Assembly: GCA_950097015.1 (NCBI GenBank)
Contig: CATNEN010000019.1
Location: 62,001-126,000 of the forward strand
Length of the DNA: 64,000 bases
Direction: 5' to 3'
Origin: Macrostomum hystrix
Taxonomy: Eukaryota > Animalia > Platyhelminthes
The notes under the pieces were generated by a model. The model did no database searches. It worked only from the letters and a program-made list of their open reading frames with translations, and had not been told where the DNA came from. Positions 30,001 through 41,771 of this stretch are shown here, piece by piece. The translations under genes were made by a program, and so were the position numbers. The first letter of the stretch is position 1; every line of letters starts with the position of its first letter.

Positions 30001-33000
30001 TGTGTTTAACATTACCAGCACTCACAGTGTGCAGGAAGATGGCAATGCAGGGCGGACATCGAGCTTGCGCTACACATAAGTTCCAGCTAGCTTTTCTCAT
30101 GAATCGTAGTTTGCTGATTTATTAGCACTTGATACAGGCTTTCACAGGTCTAGCTTCTTGCTTGACAATGAAGAGTTTTAAAAACAATTAAAGCACATTG
30201 ACCGCGCTCTTGGCAAGTGCTGCTTGCAAGGAGTGCGTTTCGCTGCTAATTCAACACAGAGTATTGGCGCTGATGGCAATTTGCTGGATTGAAAAATGTG
30301 TTTAACATTACCAGCACTCAAAGTGTGCAGTAAGATGGCAATGCAGGAAAAACATCGAAGTGTGCGCTGTATATAAGTTCCAGCTAGCTTTTCTCATGAA
30401 TCGTAGTTTGCTGCTTTATTAGCACTTGATACAGGCTTTCACAGGTCTAGCTTCTTGCTTGACAATAAAGAGTTTTGAGAACAATTATAGCACATTTTAC
30501 GCGCTCAAGAACAGCTTGGCGCGTGCTGCTAAGCAAGGAGTGCGTTTCGCTGCTAATTCAGCACAGAGTATTGGCGCTGATGGCAATTTGCTGGATTGAA
30601 AAATGTGTTTAACATTACCAGCACTCACAGTGTGCAGGAAGATGGCAATGCAGGGAAAACATCGAAGTGTGCGCTGTATATAAGTTCCAGCTAGCTTTTC
30701 TCATGAATCGTAGTTTGCTGCTTTATTAGCACTTAATACAGACTTTCACAGGTCTAGCTTCCTGCTTGACAATGAAGAGTTTTAAGAACAATTAAAGCAC
30801 CTTTTACGCGCTGAAGAACAGCTTGGCGCGTGCTGCTTGCAAGGAGTGCGTTTCGCTACTAATTCAGCACAGAGTATTGGCGCTGATGGCAATTTGCTGG
30901 ATTGAAAAATGTGTTTAACATTACCAGCACTCACAGTGTGCAGGAAGATGGCAATGCAGGGCTGACATCGAGCTTGCGCTACACATAAGTTCCAGCTAGC
31001 TTTTCTCATGAATCGTAGTTTGCTGCTTTATTAGCACTTGATACAGGCTTTCACAGGTCTAGCTTCTTGCTTGACAATAAAGAGTTTTAAGAACAATTAA
31101 AGCACATTGACCGCGCTCTTGGCAAGTGCTGCTAGCAAGGAGTGCGTTTCGCTGCTAATTCAACACAGAGTATTGGCGCTGATGGCAATTTGCTGGATTG
31201 AAAAATGTGTTTAACATTACCAGCACTCACAGTGTGCAGTAAGATGGCAATGCAGGAAAAATATCGAAGTGTGCGCTGTATATAAGTTCCAGCTAGCTTT
31301 TCTCATGAATCGTAGTTTGCTGCTTTATTAGCACTTGATACAGGCTTTCACAGGTCTAGCTTCTTGCTTGACAATGAAGAGTTTTAAGAACAATTAAAGC
31401 ACATTTTACGCGCTCAAGAACAGCTTGGCGCGTGCTGCTTGCAAGGAGTGCGTTTCGCTACTAATTCAGCACAGAGTATTGGCGCTGATGGCAATTTGCT
31501 GGATTGAAAAATGTGTTTAACATTACCAGCACTCACAGTGTGCAGGAAGATGGCAATGCAGGGAAAACATCGAAGTGTGCGCTGTATATAAGTTCCAGCT
31601 ACCTTTTCTCATGAATCGTAGTTTGCTGCTTTATTAGCAGTTAATACAGGCTTTCACAGGTCTAGCTTCTTGCTTGACAATGAAGAGTTTTAAAAACAAT
31701 TAAAGCACATTGACCGCGCTCTTGGCAAGTGCTGCTTTCAAGGAGTGCGTTTCGCTGCTAATTCAGCACAGAGTATTGGCGCTGATGGCAATTTGCTGGA
31801 TTGAAAAATGTGTTTAACATTACCAGCACTCAAAGTGTGCAGTAAGATGGCAATGCAGGAAAAACATCGAAGTGTGCGCTGTATATAAGTTCCAGCTAGC
31901 TTTTCTCATGAATCGTAGTTTGCTGCTTTATTAGCACTTGATACAGGCTTTCACAGGTCTAGCTTCTTGCTTGACAATGAAGAGTTTTAAGAACAATTAA
32001 AGCACCTTTTACGCGCTCAAGAACAGCTTGGCGCGTGCTGCTTGCAAGGAGTGCGTTTCGCTACTAATTCAGCACAGAGTATTGGCGCTGATGGCAATTT
32101 GCTGGATTGAAAAATGTGTTTAATATTACCAGTACTCACAGTGTGCAGGAAGATGGCAATGCAGGGCTGACATCGAGCTTGCGCTACACATAAGTTCCAG
32201 CTAGCTTTTCTCATGAATCGTAGTTTGCTGCTTTATTAGCACTTGATATTGGCTTTCACAGGTCTAGCTTCTTGCTTGACAATAAAGAGTTTTGAGAACA
32301 ATTAAAGCACCTTTTACGCGCTCAAGAACAGCTTGGCACGTGCTGCTAAGCAAGGAGTGCGTTTCGCTGCTAATTCAGCACAGAGCATTGGCGCTGATGG
32401 CAATTTGCGGGATTGAAAAATGTGTTTAACATTACCAGCACTCACAGTGTGCAGGAAGATGGCAATGCAGGGCCGACATCGAGCTTGCGCTACACATAAG
32501 TTCCAGCTAGCTTTTCTCATGAATCGTAGTTTGCTGCTTTATTAGCACTTGATACAGGCTTTCACAGGTCTAGCTTCTTGCTTGACAATGAAGAGTTTTA
32601 AAAACAATTAAAGCACATTGACCGCGCTCTTGGCAAGTGCTGCTTGCAAGGAGTGCGTTTCGCTGCTAATTCAACACAGAGTATTGGCGCTGATGGCAAT
32701 TTGCTGGATTGAAAAATGTGTTTAACATTACCAGCACTCACAGTGTGCAGTAAGATGGCAATGCAGGGAAAACATCGAAGTGTGCGCTGTATATAAGTTC
32801 CAGCTAGCTTTTCTCATGAATCGTAGTTTGCTGCTTTATTAGCACTTGATACAGGCTTTCACAGGTCTAGCTTCTTGCTTGACAATAAAGAGTTTTGAGA
32901 ACAATTATAGCACATTTTACGCGCTCAAGAACAGCTTGGCGCGTGCTGCTAAGCAAGGAGTGCGTTTCGCTGCTAATTCAGCACAGAGTATTGGCGCTGA

Positions 33001-36000
33001 TGGCAATTTGCTGGATTGAAAAATGTGTTTAACATTACCAGCACTCACAGTGTGCAGGAAGATGGCAATGCAGGGAAAACATCGAAGTGTGCGCTGTATA
33101 TAAGTTCCAGCTAGCTTTTCTCATGAATCGTAGTTTGCTGCTTTATTAGCACTTAATACAGACTTTCACAGGTCTAGCTTCTTGCTTGACAATGAAGAGT
33201 TTTAAGAACAATTAAAGCACCTTTTACGCGCTGAAGAACAGCTTGGCGCGTGCTGCTTGCAAGGAGTGCGTTTAGCTACTAATTCAGCACAGAGCATTGG
33301 CGCTGATGGCAATTTGCTGGATTGAAAAATGTGTTTAACATTACCAGCACTCACAGTGTGCAGGAAGATGGCAATGCAGGGCGGACATCGAGCTTGCGCT
33401 ACACATAAGTTCCAGCTAGCTTTTCTCATGAATCGTAGTTTGCTGCTTTATTAGCACTTGATACAGGCTTTCACAGGTCTAGCTTCTTGCTTGACAATGA
33501 AGAGTTTTAAGAACAATTAAAGCACATTGACCGCGCTCTTGGCAAGTGCTGCTAGCAAGGAGTGCGTTTCGCTGCTAATTCAACACAGAGTATTGGCGCT
33601 GATGGCAATTTGCTGGATTGAAAAATGTGTTTAACATTACCAGCACTCACAGTGTGCAGTAAGATGGCAATGCAGGAAAAACATCGAAGTGTGCGCTGTA
33701 TATAAGTTCCCGCTAGCTTTTCTCATGAATCGTAGTTTGCTGCTTTATTAGCACTTGATACAGGCTTTCACAGGTCTAGCTTCTTGCTTGACAATGAAGA
33801 GTTTTAAGAACAATTAAAGCACATTTTACGCGCTCAAGAACAGCTTGGCGCGTGCTGCTTGCAAGGAGTGCGTTTCGCTGCTAATTCAGCACAGAGTATT
33901 GGCGCTGATGGCAATTTGCTGGATTGAAAAATGTGTTTAACATTACCAGCACTCACAGTGTGCAGGAAGATGGCAATGCAGGGAAAACATCGAAGTGTGC
34001 GCTGTATATAAGTTCCAGCTAGCTTTTCTCATGAATCGTAGTTTGCTGCTTTATTAGCACTTGATACAGGCTTTCACAGGTCTAGCTTCTTGCTTGACAA
34101 TGAAGAGTTTTAAAAACAATTAAAGCACATTGACCGCGCTCTTGGCAAGTGCTGCTTTCAAGGAGTGCGTTTCGCTGCTAATTCAGCACAGAGTATTGGC
34201 GCTGATGGCAATTTGCTGGATTGAAAAATGTGTTTAACATTACCAGCACTCAAAGTGTGCAGTAAGATGGCAATGCAGGAAAAACATCGAAGTGTGCGCT
34301 GTATATAAGTTCCAGCTAGCTTTTCTCATGAATCGTAGTTTGCTGCTTTATTAGCACTTGATACAGGCTTTCACAGGTCTAGCTTCTTGCTTGACAATGA
34401 AGAGTTTTAAGAACAATTAAAGCACATTTTACGCGCTCAAGAACAGCTTGGCGCGTGCTGCTTGCAAGGAGTGCGTTTCGCTGCTAATTCAGCACAGAGT
34501 ATTGGCGCTGATGGCAATTTGCTGGATTGAAAAATGTGTTTAATATTACCAGTACTCACAGTGTGCAGGAAGATGGCAATGCAGGGCGGACATCGAGCTT
34601 GCGCTACACATAAGTTCCAGCTAGCTTTTCTCATGAATCGTAGTTTGCTGATTTATTAGCACTTGATATTGGCTTTCACAGGTCTAGCTTCTTGCTTGAC
34701 AATAAAGAGTTTTGAGAACAATTAAAGCACCTTTTACGCGCTCAAGAACAGCTTGGCACGTGCTGCTAAGCAAGGAGTGCGTTTCGCTGCTAATTCAGCA
34801 CAGAGCATTGGCGCTGATGGCAATTTGCGGGATTGAAAAATGTGTTTAACATTACCAGCACTCACAGTGTGCAGGAAGATGGCAATGCAGGGCCGACATC
34901 GAGCTTGCGCTACACATAAGTTCCAGCTAGCTTTTCTCATGAATCGTAGTTTGCTGCTTTATTAGCACTTGATACAGGCTTTCACAGGTCTAGCTTCTTG
35001 CTTGACAATGAAGAGTTTTAAAAACAATTAAAGCACATTGACCGCGCTCTTGGCAAGTGCTGCTTGCAAGGAGTGCGTTTCGCTGCTAATTCAACACAGA
35101 GTATTGGCGCTGATGGCAATTTGCTGGATTGAAAAATGTGTTTAACATTACCAGCACTCACAGTGTGCAGTAAGATGGCAATGCAGGGAAAACATCGAAG
35201 TGTGCGCTGTATATAAGTTCCAGCTAGCTTTTCTCATGAATCGTAGTTTGCTGCTTTATTAGCACTTGATACAGGCTTTCACAGGTCTAGCTTCTTGCTT
35301 GACAATAAAGAGTTTTGAGAACAATTAAAGCACCTTTTACGCGCTCAAGAACAGCTTGGCGCGTGCTGCTAAGCAAGGAGTGCGTTTCGCTGCTAATTCA
35401 GCACAGAGCATTGGCGCTGATGGCAATTTGCTGGATTGAAAAATGTGTTTAACATTACCAGCACTCACAGTGTGCAGGAAGATGGCAATGCAGGGCCGAC
35501 ATCGAGCTTGCGCTACACATAAGTTCCAGCTAGCTTTTCTCATGAATCGTAGTTTGCTGCTTTATTAGCACTTGATACAGGCTTTCACAGGTCTAGCTTC
35601 TTGCTTGACAATGAAGAGTTTTAAAAACAATTAAAGCACATTGACCGCGCTCTTGGCAAGTGCTGCTTGCAAGGAGTGCGTTTCGCTGCTAATTCAACAC
35701 AGAGTATTGGCGCTGATGGCAATTTGCTGGATTGAAAAATGTGTTTAACATTACCAGCACTCAAAGTGTGCAGTAAGATGGCAATGCAGGAAAAACATCG
35801 AAGTGTGCGCTGTATATAAGTTCCAGCTAGCTTTTCTCATGAATCGTAGTTTGCTGCTTTATTAGCACTTGATACAGGCTTTCACAGGTCTAGCTTCTTG
35901 CTTGACAATGAAGAGTTTTAAGAACAATTAAAGCACATTTTACGCGCTCAAGAACAGCTTGGCGCGTGCTGCTTGCAAGGAGTGCGTTTCGCTGCTAATT

Positions 36001-39000
36001 CAGCACAGAGTATTGGCGCTGATGGCAATTTGCTGGATTGAAAAATGTGTTTAACATTACCAGCACTCACAGTGTGCAGGAAGATGGCAATGCAGGGAAA
36101 ACATCGAAGTGTGCGCTGTATATAAGTTCCAGCTAGCTTTTCTCATGAATCGTAGTTTGCTGCTTTATTAGCACTTGATACAGGCTTTCACAGGTCTAGC
36201 TTCTTGCTTGACAATGAAGAGTTTTAAAAACAATTAAAGCACATTGACCGCGCTCTTGGCAAGTGCTGCTTGCAAGGAGTGCGTTTCGCTGCTAATTCAA
36301 CACAGAGTATTGGCGCTGATGGCAATTTGCTGGATTGAAAAATGTGTTTAACATTACCAGCACTCAAAGTGTGCAGTAAGATGGCAATGCAGGAAAAACA
36401 TCGAAGTGTGCGCTGTATATAAGTTCCAGCTAGCTTTTCTCATGAATCGTAGTTTGCTGCTTTATTAGCACTTGATACAGGCTTTCACAGGTCTAGCTTC
36501 TTGCTTGACAATAAAGAGTTTTAAGAACAATTAAAGCACATTTTACGCGCTCAAGAACAGCTTGGCGCGTGCTGCTTGCAAGGAATGCGTTTCGCTGCTA
36601 ATTCAGCACAGAGTATTGGCGCTGATGGCAATTTGCTGGATTGAAAAATGTGTTTAACATTACCAGCACTCACAGTGTGCAGGAAGATGGCAATGCAGGG
36701 AAAACATTGAAGTGTGCGCTGTATATAAGTTCCAGCTAGCTTTTCTCATGAATCGTAGTTTGCTGCTTTATTAGCACTTAATACAGACTTTCACAGGTCT
36801 AGCTTCTTGCTTGACAATGAAGAGTTTTAAGAACAATTAAAGCACCTTTTACGCGCTGAAGAACAGCTTGGCGCGTGCTGCTTGCAAGGAGTGCGTTTAG
36901 CTACTAATTCAGCACAGAGCATTGGCGCTGATGGCAATTTGCTGGATTGAAAAATGTGTTTAACATTACCAGCACTCACAGTGTGCAGTAAGATGGCAAT
37001 GCAGGGAAAACATCGAAGTGTGCGCTGTATATAAGTTCCAACTAGCTTTTCTCATGAATCGTAGTTTGCTGCTTTATTAGCACTTGATACAGGCTTTCAC
37101 AGGTCTAGCTTCTTGCTTGACAATAAAGAGTTTTGAGAACAATTAAAGCACCTTTTACGCGCTCAAGAACAGCTTGGCGCGTGCTGCTAAGCAAGGAGTG
37201 CGTTTCGCTGCTAATTCAGCACAGAGCATTGGCGCTGATGGCAATTTGCTGGATTGAAAAATGTGTTTAACATTACCAGCACTCACAGTGTGCAGGAAGA
37301 TGGCAATGCAGGGCCGACATCGAGCTTGCGCTACACATAAGTTCCAGCTAGCTTTTCTCATGAATCGTAGTTTGCTGCTTTATTAGCACTTGATACAGGC
37401 TTTCACAGGTCTAGCTTCTTGCTTGACAATGAAGAGTTTTAAGAACAATTAAAGCACATTGACCGCGCTCTTGGCAAGTGCTGCTTGCAAGGAGTGCGTT
37501 TCGCTGCTAATTCAACACAGAGTATTGGCGCTGATGGCAATTTTCTGGATTGAAAAATGTGTTTAACATTACCAGCACTCACAGTGTGCAGTAAGATGGC
37601 AATGCAGGGAAAACATCGAAGTGTGCGCTGTATATAAGTTCCAGCTAGCTTTTCTCATGAATCGTAGTTTGCTGCTTTATTCGCACTTGATACAGGCTTT
37701 CACAGGTCTAGCTTCTTGCTTGACAATAAAGAGTTTTGAGAACAATTAAAGCACCTTTTACGCGCTCAAGAACAGCTTGGCGCGTGCTGCTAAGCAAGGA
37801 GTGCGTTTCGCTGCTAATTCAGCACAGAGCATTGGCGCTGATGGCAATTTGCTGGATTGAAAAATGTGTTTAACATTACCAGCACTCACAGTGTGCAGGA
37901 AAATGGCAATGCAGGGCCGACATCGAGCTTGCGCTACACATAAGTTCCAGCTAGCTTTTCTCATGAATCGTAGTTTGCTGATTTATTAGCACTTGATATA
38001 GGCTTTCACAGGTCTAGCTTCTTGCTTGACAATAAAGAGTTTTAAGAACAATTAAAGCACATTTTACGCGCTCAAGAACAGCTTGGCGCGTGCTGCTTGC
38101 AAGGAATGCGTTTCGCTGCTAATTCAGCACAGAGTATTGGCGCTGATGGCAATTTGCTGGATTGAAAAATGTGTTTAACATTACCAGCACTCACAGTGTG
38201 CAGGAAGATGGCAATGCAGGGAAAACATCGAAGTGTGCGCTGTATATAAGTTCCAGCTAGCTTTTCTCATGAATCGTAGTTTGCTGCTTTATTAGCACTT
38301 GATACAGGCTTTCACAGGTCTAGCTTCTTGCTTGACAATGAAGAGTTTTAAAAACAATTAAAGCACATTGACCGCGCTCTTGGCAAGTGCTGCTTTCAAG
38401 GAGTGCGTTTCGCTGCTAATTCAACACAGAGTATTGGCGCTGATGGCAATTTGCTGGATTGAAAAATGTGTTTAACATTACCAGCACTCAAAGTGTGCAG
38501 TAAGATGGCAATGCAGGAAAAACATCGAAGTGTGCGCTGTATATAAGTTCCAGCTAGCTTTTCTCATGAATCGTAGTTTGCTGCTTTATTAGCACTTGAT
38601 ACAGGCTTTCACAGGTCTAGCTTCTTGCTTGACAATGAAGAGTTTTAAGAACAATTAAAGCACATTTTACGCGCTCAAGAACAGCTTGGCGCGTGCTGCT
38701 TGCAAGGAGTGCGTTTCGCTGCTAATTCAGCACAGAGTATTGGCGCTGATGGCAATTTGCTGGATTGAAAAATGTGTTTAACATTACCAGCACTCACAGT
38801 GTGCAGGAAGATGGCAATGCAGGGCGGACATCGAGCTTGCGCTACACATAAGTTCCAGCTAGCTTTTCTCATGAATCGTAGTTTGCTGATTTATTAGCAC
38901 TTGATATAGGCTTTCACAGGTCTAGCTTCTTGCTTGACAATAAAGAGTTTTAAGAACAATTAAAGCACATTTTACGCGCTCAAGAACAGCTTGGCGCGTG

Positions 39001-40410
39001 CTGCTTGCAAGGAATGCGTTTCGCTGCTAATTCAGCACAGAGTATTGGCGCTGATGGCAATTTGCTGGATTGAAAAATGTGTTTAACATTACCAGCACTC
39101 ACAGTGTGCAGTAAGATGGCAATGCAGGGAAAACATCGAAGTGTGCGCTGTATATAAGTTCCAGCTAGCTTTTCTCATGAATCGTAGTTTGCTGCTTTAT
39201 TAGCACTTGATACAGGCTTTCACAGGTCTAGCTTCTTGCTTGACAATAAAGAGTTTTGAGAACAATTAAAGCACCTTTTACGCGCTCAAGAACAGCTTGG
39301 CGCGTGCTGCTAAGCAAGGAGTGCGTTTCGCTGCTAATTCAGCACAGAGCATTGGCGCTGATGGCAATTTGCTGGATTGAAAAATGTGTTTAACATTACC
39401 AGCACTCACAGTGTGCAGGAAGATGGCAATGCAGGGCCGACATCGAGCTTGCGCTACACATAAGTTCCAGCTAGCTTTTCTCATGAATCGTAGTTTGCTG
39501 CTTTATTAGCACTTGATACAGGCTTTCACAGGTCTAGCTTCTTGCTTGACAATGAAGAGTTTTAAAAACAATTAAAGCACATTGACCGCGCTCTTGGCAA
39601 GTGCTGCTTGCAAGGAGTGCGTTTCGCTGCTAATTCAACACAGAGTATTGGCGCTGATGGCAATTTGCTGGATTGAAAAATGTGTTTAACATTACCAGCA
39701 CTCAAAGTGTGCAGTAAGATGGCAATGCAGGAAAAACATCGAAGTGTGCGCTGTATATAAGTTCCAGCTAGCTTTTCTCATGAATCGTAGTTTGCTGCTT
39801 TATTAGCACTTGATACAGGCTTTCACAGGTCTAGCTTCTTGCTTGACAATGAAGAGTTTTAAAAACAATTAAAGCACATTGACCGCGCTCTTGGCAAGTA
39901 CTGCTTGCAAGGAGTGCGTTTCGCTGCTAATTCAACACAGAGTATTGGCGCTGATGGCAATTTGCTGGATTGAAAAATGTGTTTAACATTACCAGCACTC
40001 AAAGTGTGCAGTAAGATGGCAATGAAGGGCCGACATCAAGCTTGCGCTTCACATAAGTTCCAGCTAGCTTTTCTCATGAATCGTAGTTTGCTGCTTAATT
40101 AGCACTTAATACAGGCTTTCACAGGTCTAGCTTTTTGCTTGACAATGAAGAGTTTTAAGAACAATTAAAGCACATTTTACGCGTTCAAGAACAGCTTGGC
40201 AAGTGCTGCTTGCAAGGAGTGCGTTTCGCTGCTAATTCAGCACAGAGCATTGGCGCTGATGGCAATTTGCTGGATTGAAAAATGTGTTTTACATTCCGAG
40301 CATTCACAGTGTGCAGGAAGATGGCAATGCAGGGCCGACATTGAGCTTGCGCTATATATAAGTTCCAGCTAGCTTTTGATACAGACTTTCACAGGTCTAG
40401 CTTCTTGCTT
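1..40410. repeat. Tandem satellite DNA array, ~296-311 bp monomer, about 133 copies
   Basis: The anchor GGATTGAAAAATGTG recurs at 1, 306, 602, 909 and onward without interruption. There are two main length classes: long (ATTTTACGCGCTCAAGAACAGCTTGGCGCGTG) and short (ATTGACCGCGCTCTTGGCAAGTG). The last monomer is more diverged, has a ~35 bp deletion and stops at CTTCTTGCTT (40410). The array continues off the left edge of the window. Confidence 0.99.
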
Positions 40411-40525
40411 AGTTTAATCTCAATGCTAAACAATTTATTGTACTCGTAGATTCGCAGTAATTTAATCCCCGGCATGGCCCAGCCAACAGTCTATGGCTGT
40501 TGTTTTACTGGCCGGGCCAAGAAAT

Positions 40526-41564
40526 TGAAGAGTTTTGCGTGTTGATCAGACACACGAAACTCCCACTTCTAGACAATGGGGAACAATTGCTTAGGAATTT
40601 ATAATAGTCACGTGAGACTTACTGCAATTGCTTCTTGTTCCTTGAGTAGTTTGTAGTCTTCTGGTCTTCGAAAGCCGGCAATTCTTCTTCTCCTTGTATT
40701 GATCGACCGTGAAGTATCGGTTCTGTTGCTTCTTGAGTCTTTGTAGTCTTCTTGTCTTCTTTTGTCTTCTTGGCAGCTGCTTGAGTTTGTCTGTTGGCCA
40801 ATAAATGACGAGAGCGAATCAGATTTCTTGTCGGTTTCCTCGAGCTCGGAATTCACAATAGAAACGTGCGCCCTAGTGAACAATTTAAATCTCTCTTGTA
40901 TATCTCTAAATAGGTCCTCCTGAAGGGCGTCTTCTTCGTTACCTCCGAAAGATAACGGATAACTCAAATCAAATCAATCAATAATCCTCTAGGAATGTAT
41001 CCTAGGAAACAAGGAGGCCTTTCTCAAATGTATCGACGATATGTGGCTCTCGTAAACTTAATTCAATTCAACAAAGATCGCTAGCGATAAATAACTCTGT
41101 CTAGTAAAGCGCTTACCACTTGTCTTTCCCTCAGAGATGAGTCCTCTTCTTCGTAAGGTGTTTTGAAGTCCGGTGGACCGCTCCGAGTCTGAATTTTTAG
41201 CTCGGATTTTCGCTTGTATTTATAGTAAAATTTTGGGAAAAAACCGGTTCTACTACCGGGTGTTTACTTAGGTCACACATATTTGTTTAGTGAGTCATGA
41301 TTGTGAGTTTTTACCATATTTGGAATATTGTGTAAACAGAGAAGCAGAAACCGATGAGTCATAATTGTTTGCTTTACCATATTTGGAATTCAAGCAAACA
41401 CAGCTGTCAAGAACCGGTTCTCCGGTCCCATGTCACATGACTTGTTTCTAAAAATAGCGTATGACTCATTCCTAAAAATAGATTAAATGTTGTAGCTAAG
41501 AGTTCCTTATGGCATTACTTTAAGTAGCGCGTTAAGCAAAAAGCACATTTTACAACTCTCTACA
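40526..41564 (-). mobile_element. Solo LTR (1039 bp) with 4-bp target-site duplication
   Basis: The minus strand starts TGTAGAG and ends CTCTTCA (TG..CA, 6/7 inverted match). AAAT flanks both sides (40522-40525, 41565-41568). TATAAATA lies on the minus strand at 41224-41217 with an enhancer-like cluster upstream. Removing it rejoins similar Crypton-end motifs. Confidence 0.75.
41217..41481 (-). promoter_or_regulatory. TATA box plus AP-1/CArG/E-box/MEF2 motif cluster (U3 of the solo LTR)
   Basis: TGAGTCA/TGACTCA at 41291, 41355 and 41462; CCATATTTGG at 41314 and 41377; CAGCTG at 41401; GTCACATGAC at 41432; CTAAAAATAG at 41448 and 41472; TATA at 41224-41217. The motifs are seen directly; function is inferred. 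Confidence 0.6.
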
Positions 41565-41771
41565 AAATCAGTAATTTAATTGGCCGGGCAATTAAACGCC
41601 ATATAGCAAAATTCAAAGTTAAGGATAAGCAGAACATAATGAACAGTAATTTATTAGCATGACAGAACAGCACGAACTCAACAGCTGGCAGATAGACATC
41701 ACAATAATTGTTACACGAAATTGTCAAGTCAACACGCTCTTCATTAGTCGAAATAGATCACTAGCTTGTTG

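Noticed and set aside
494-39484. Dozens of 60-99 aa ORFs (MRKASWNLCVAQ..., MCLTLPALTV...) in the array
   Set aside because: They are translations of one non-coding monomer. Frames open and close with random monomer indels, and no protein motif is recognisable.
1-40410. CRISPR array
   Set aside because: Whole monomers repeat with no unique spacers, the context is eukaryotic, and there are no cas genes.
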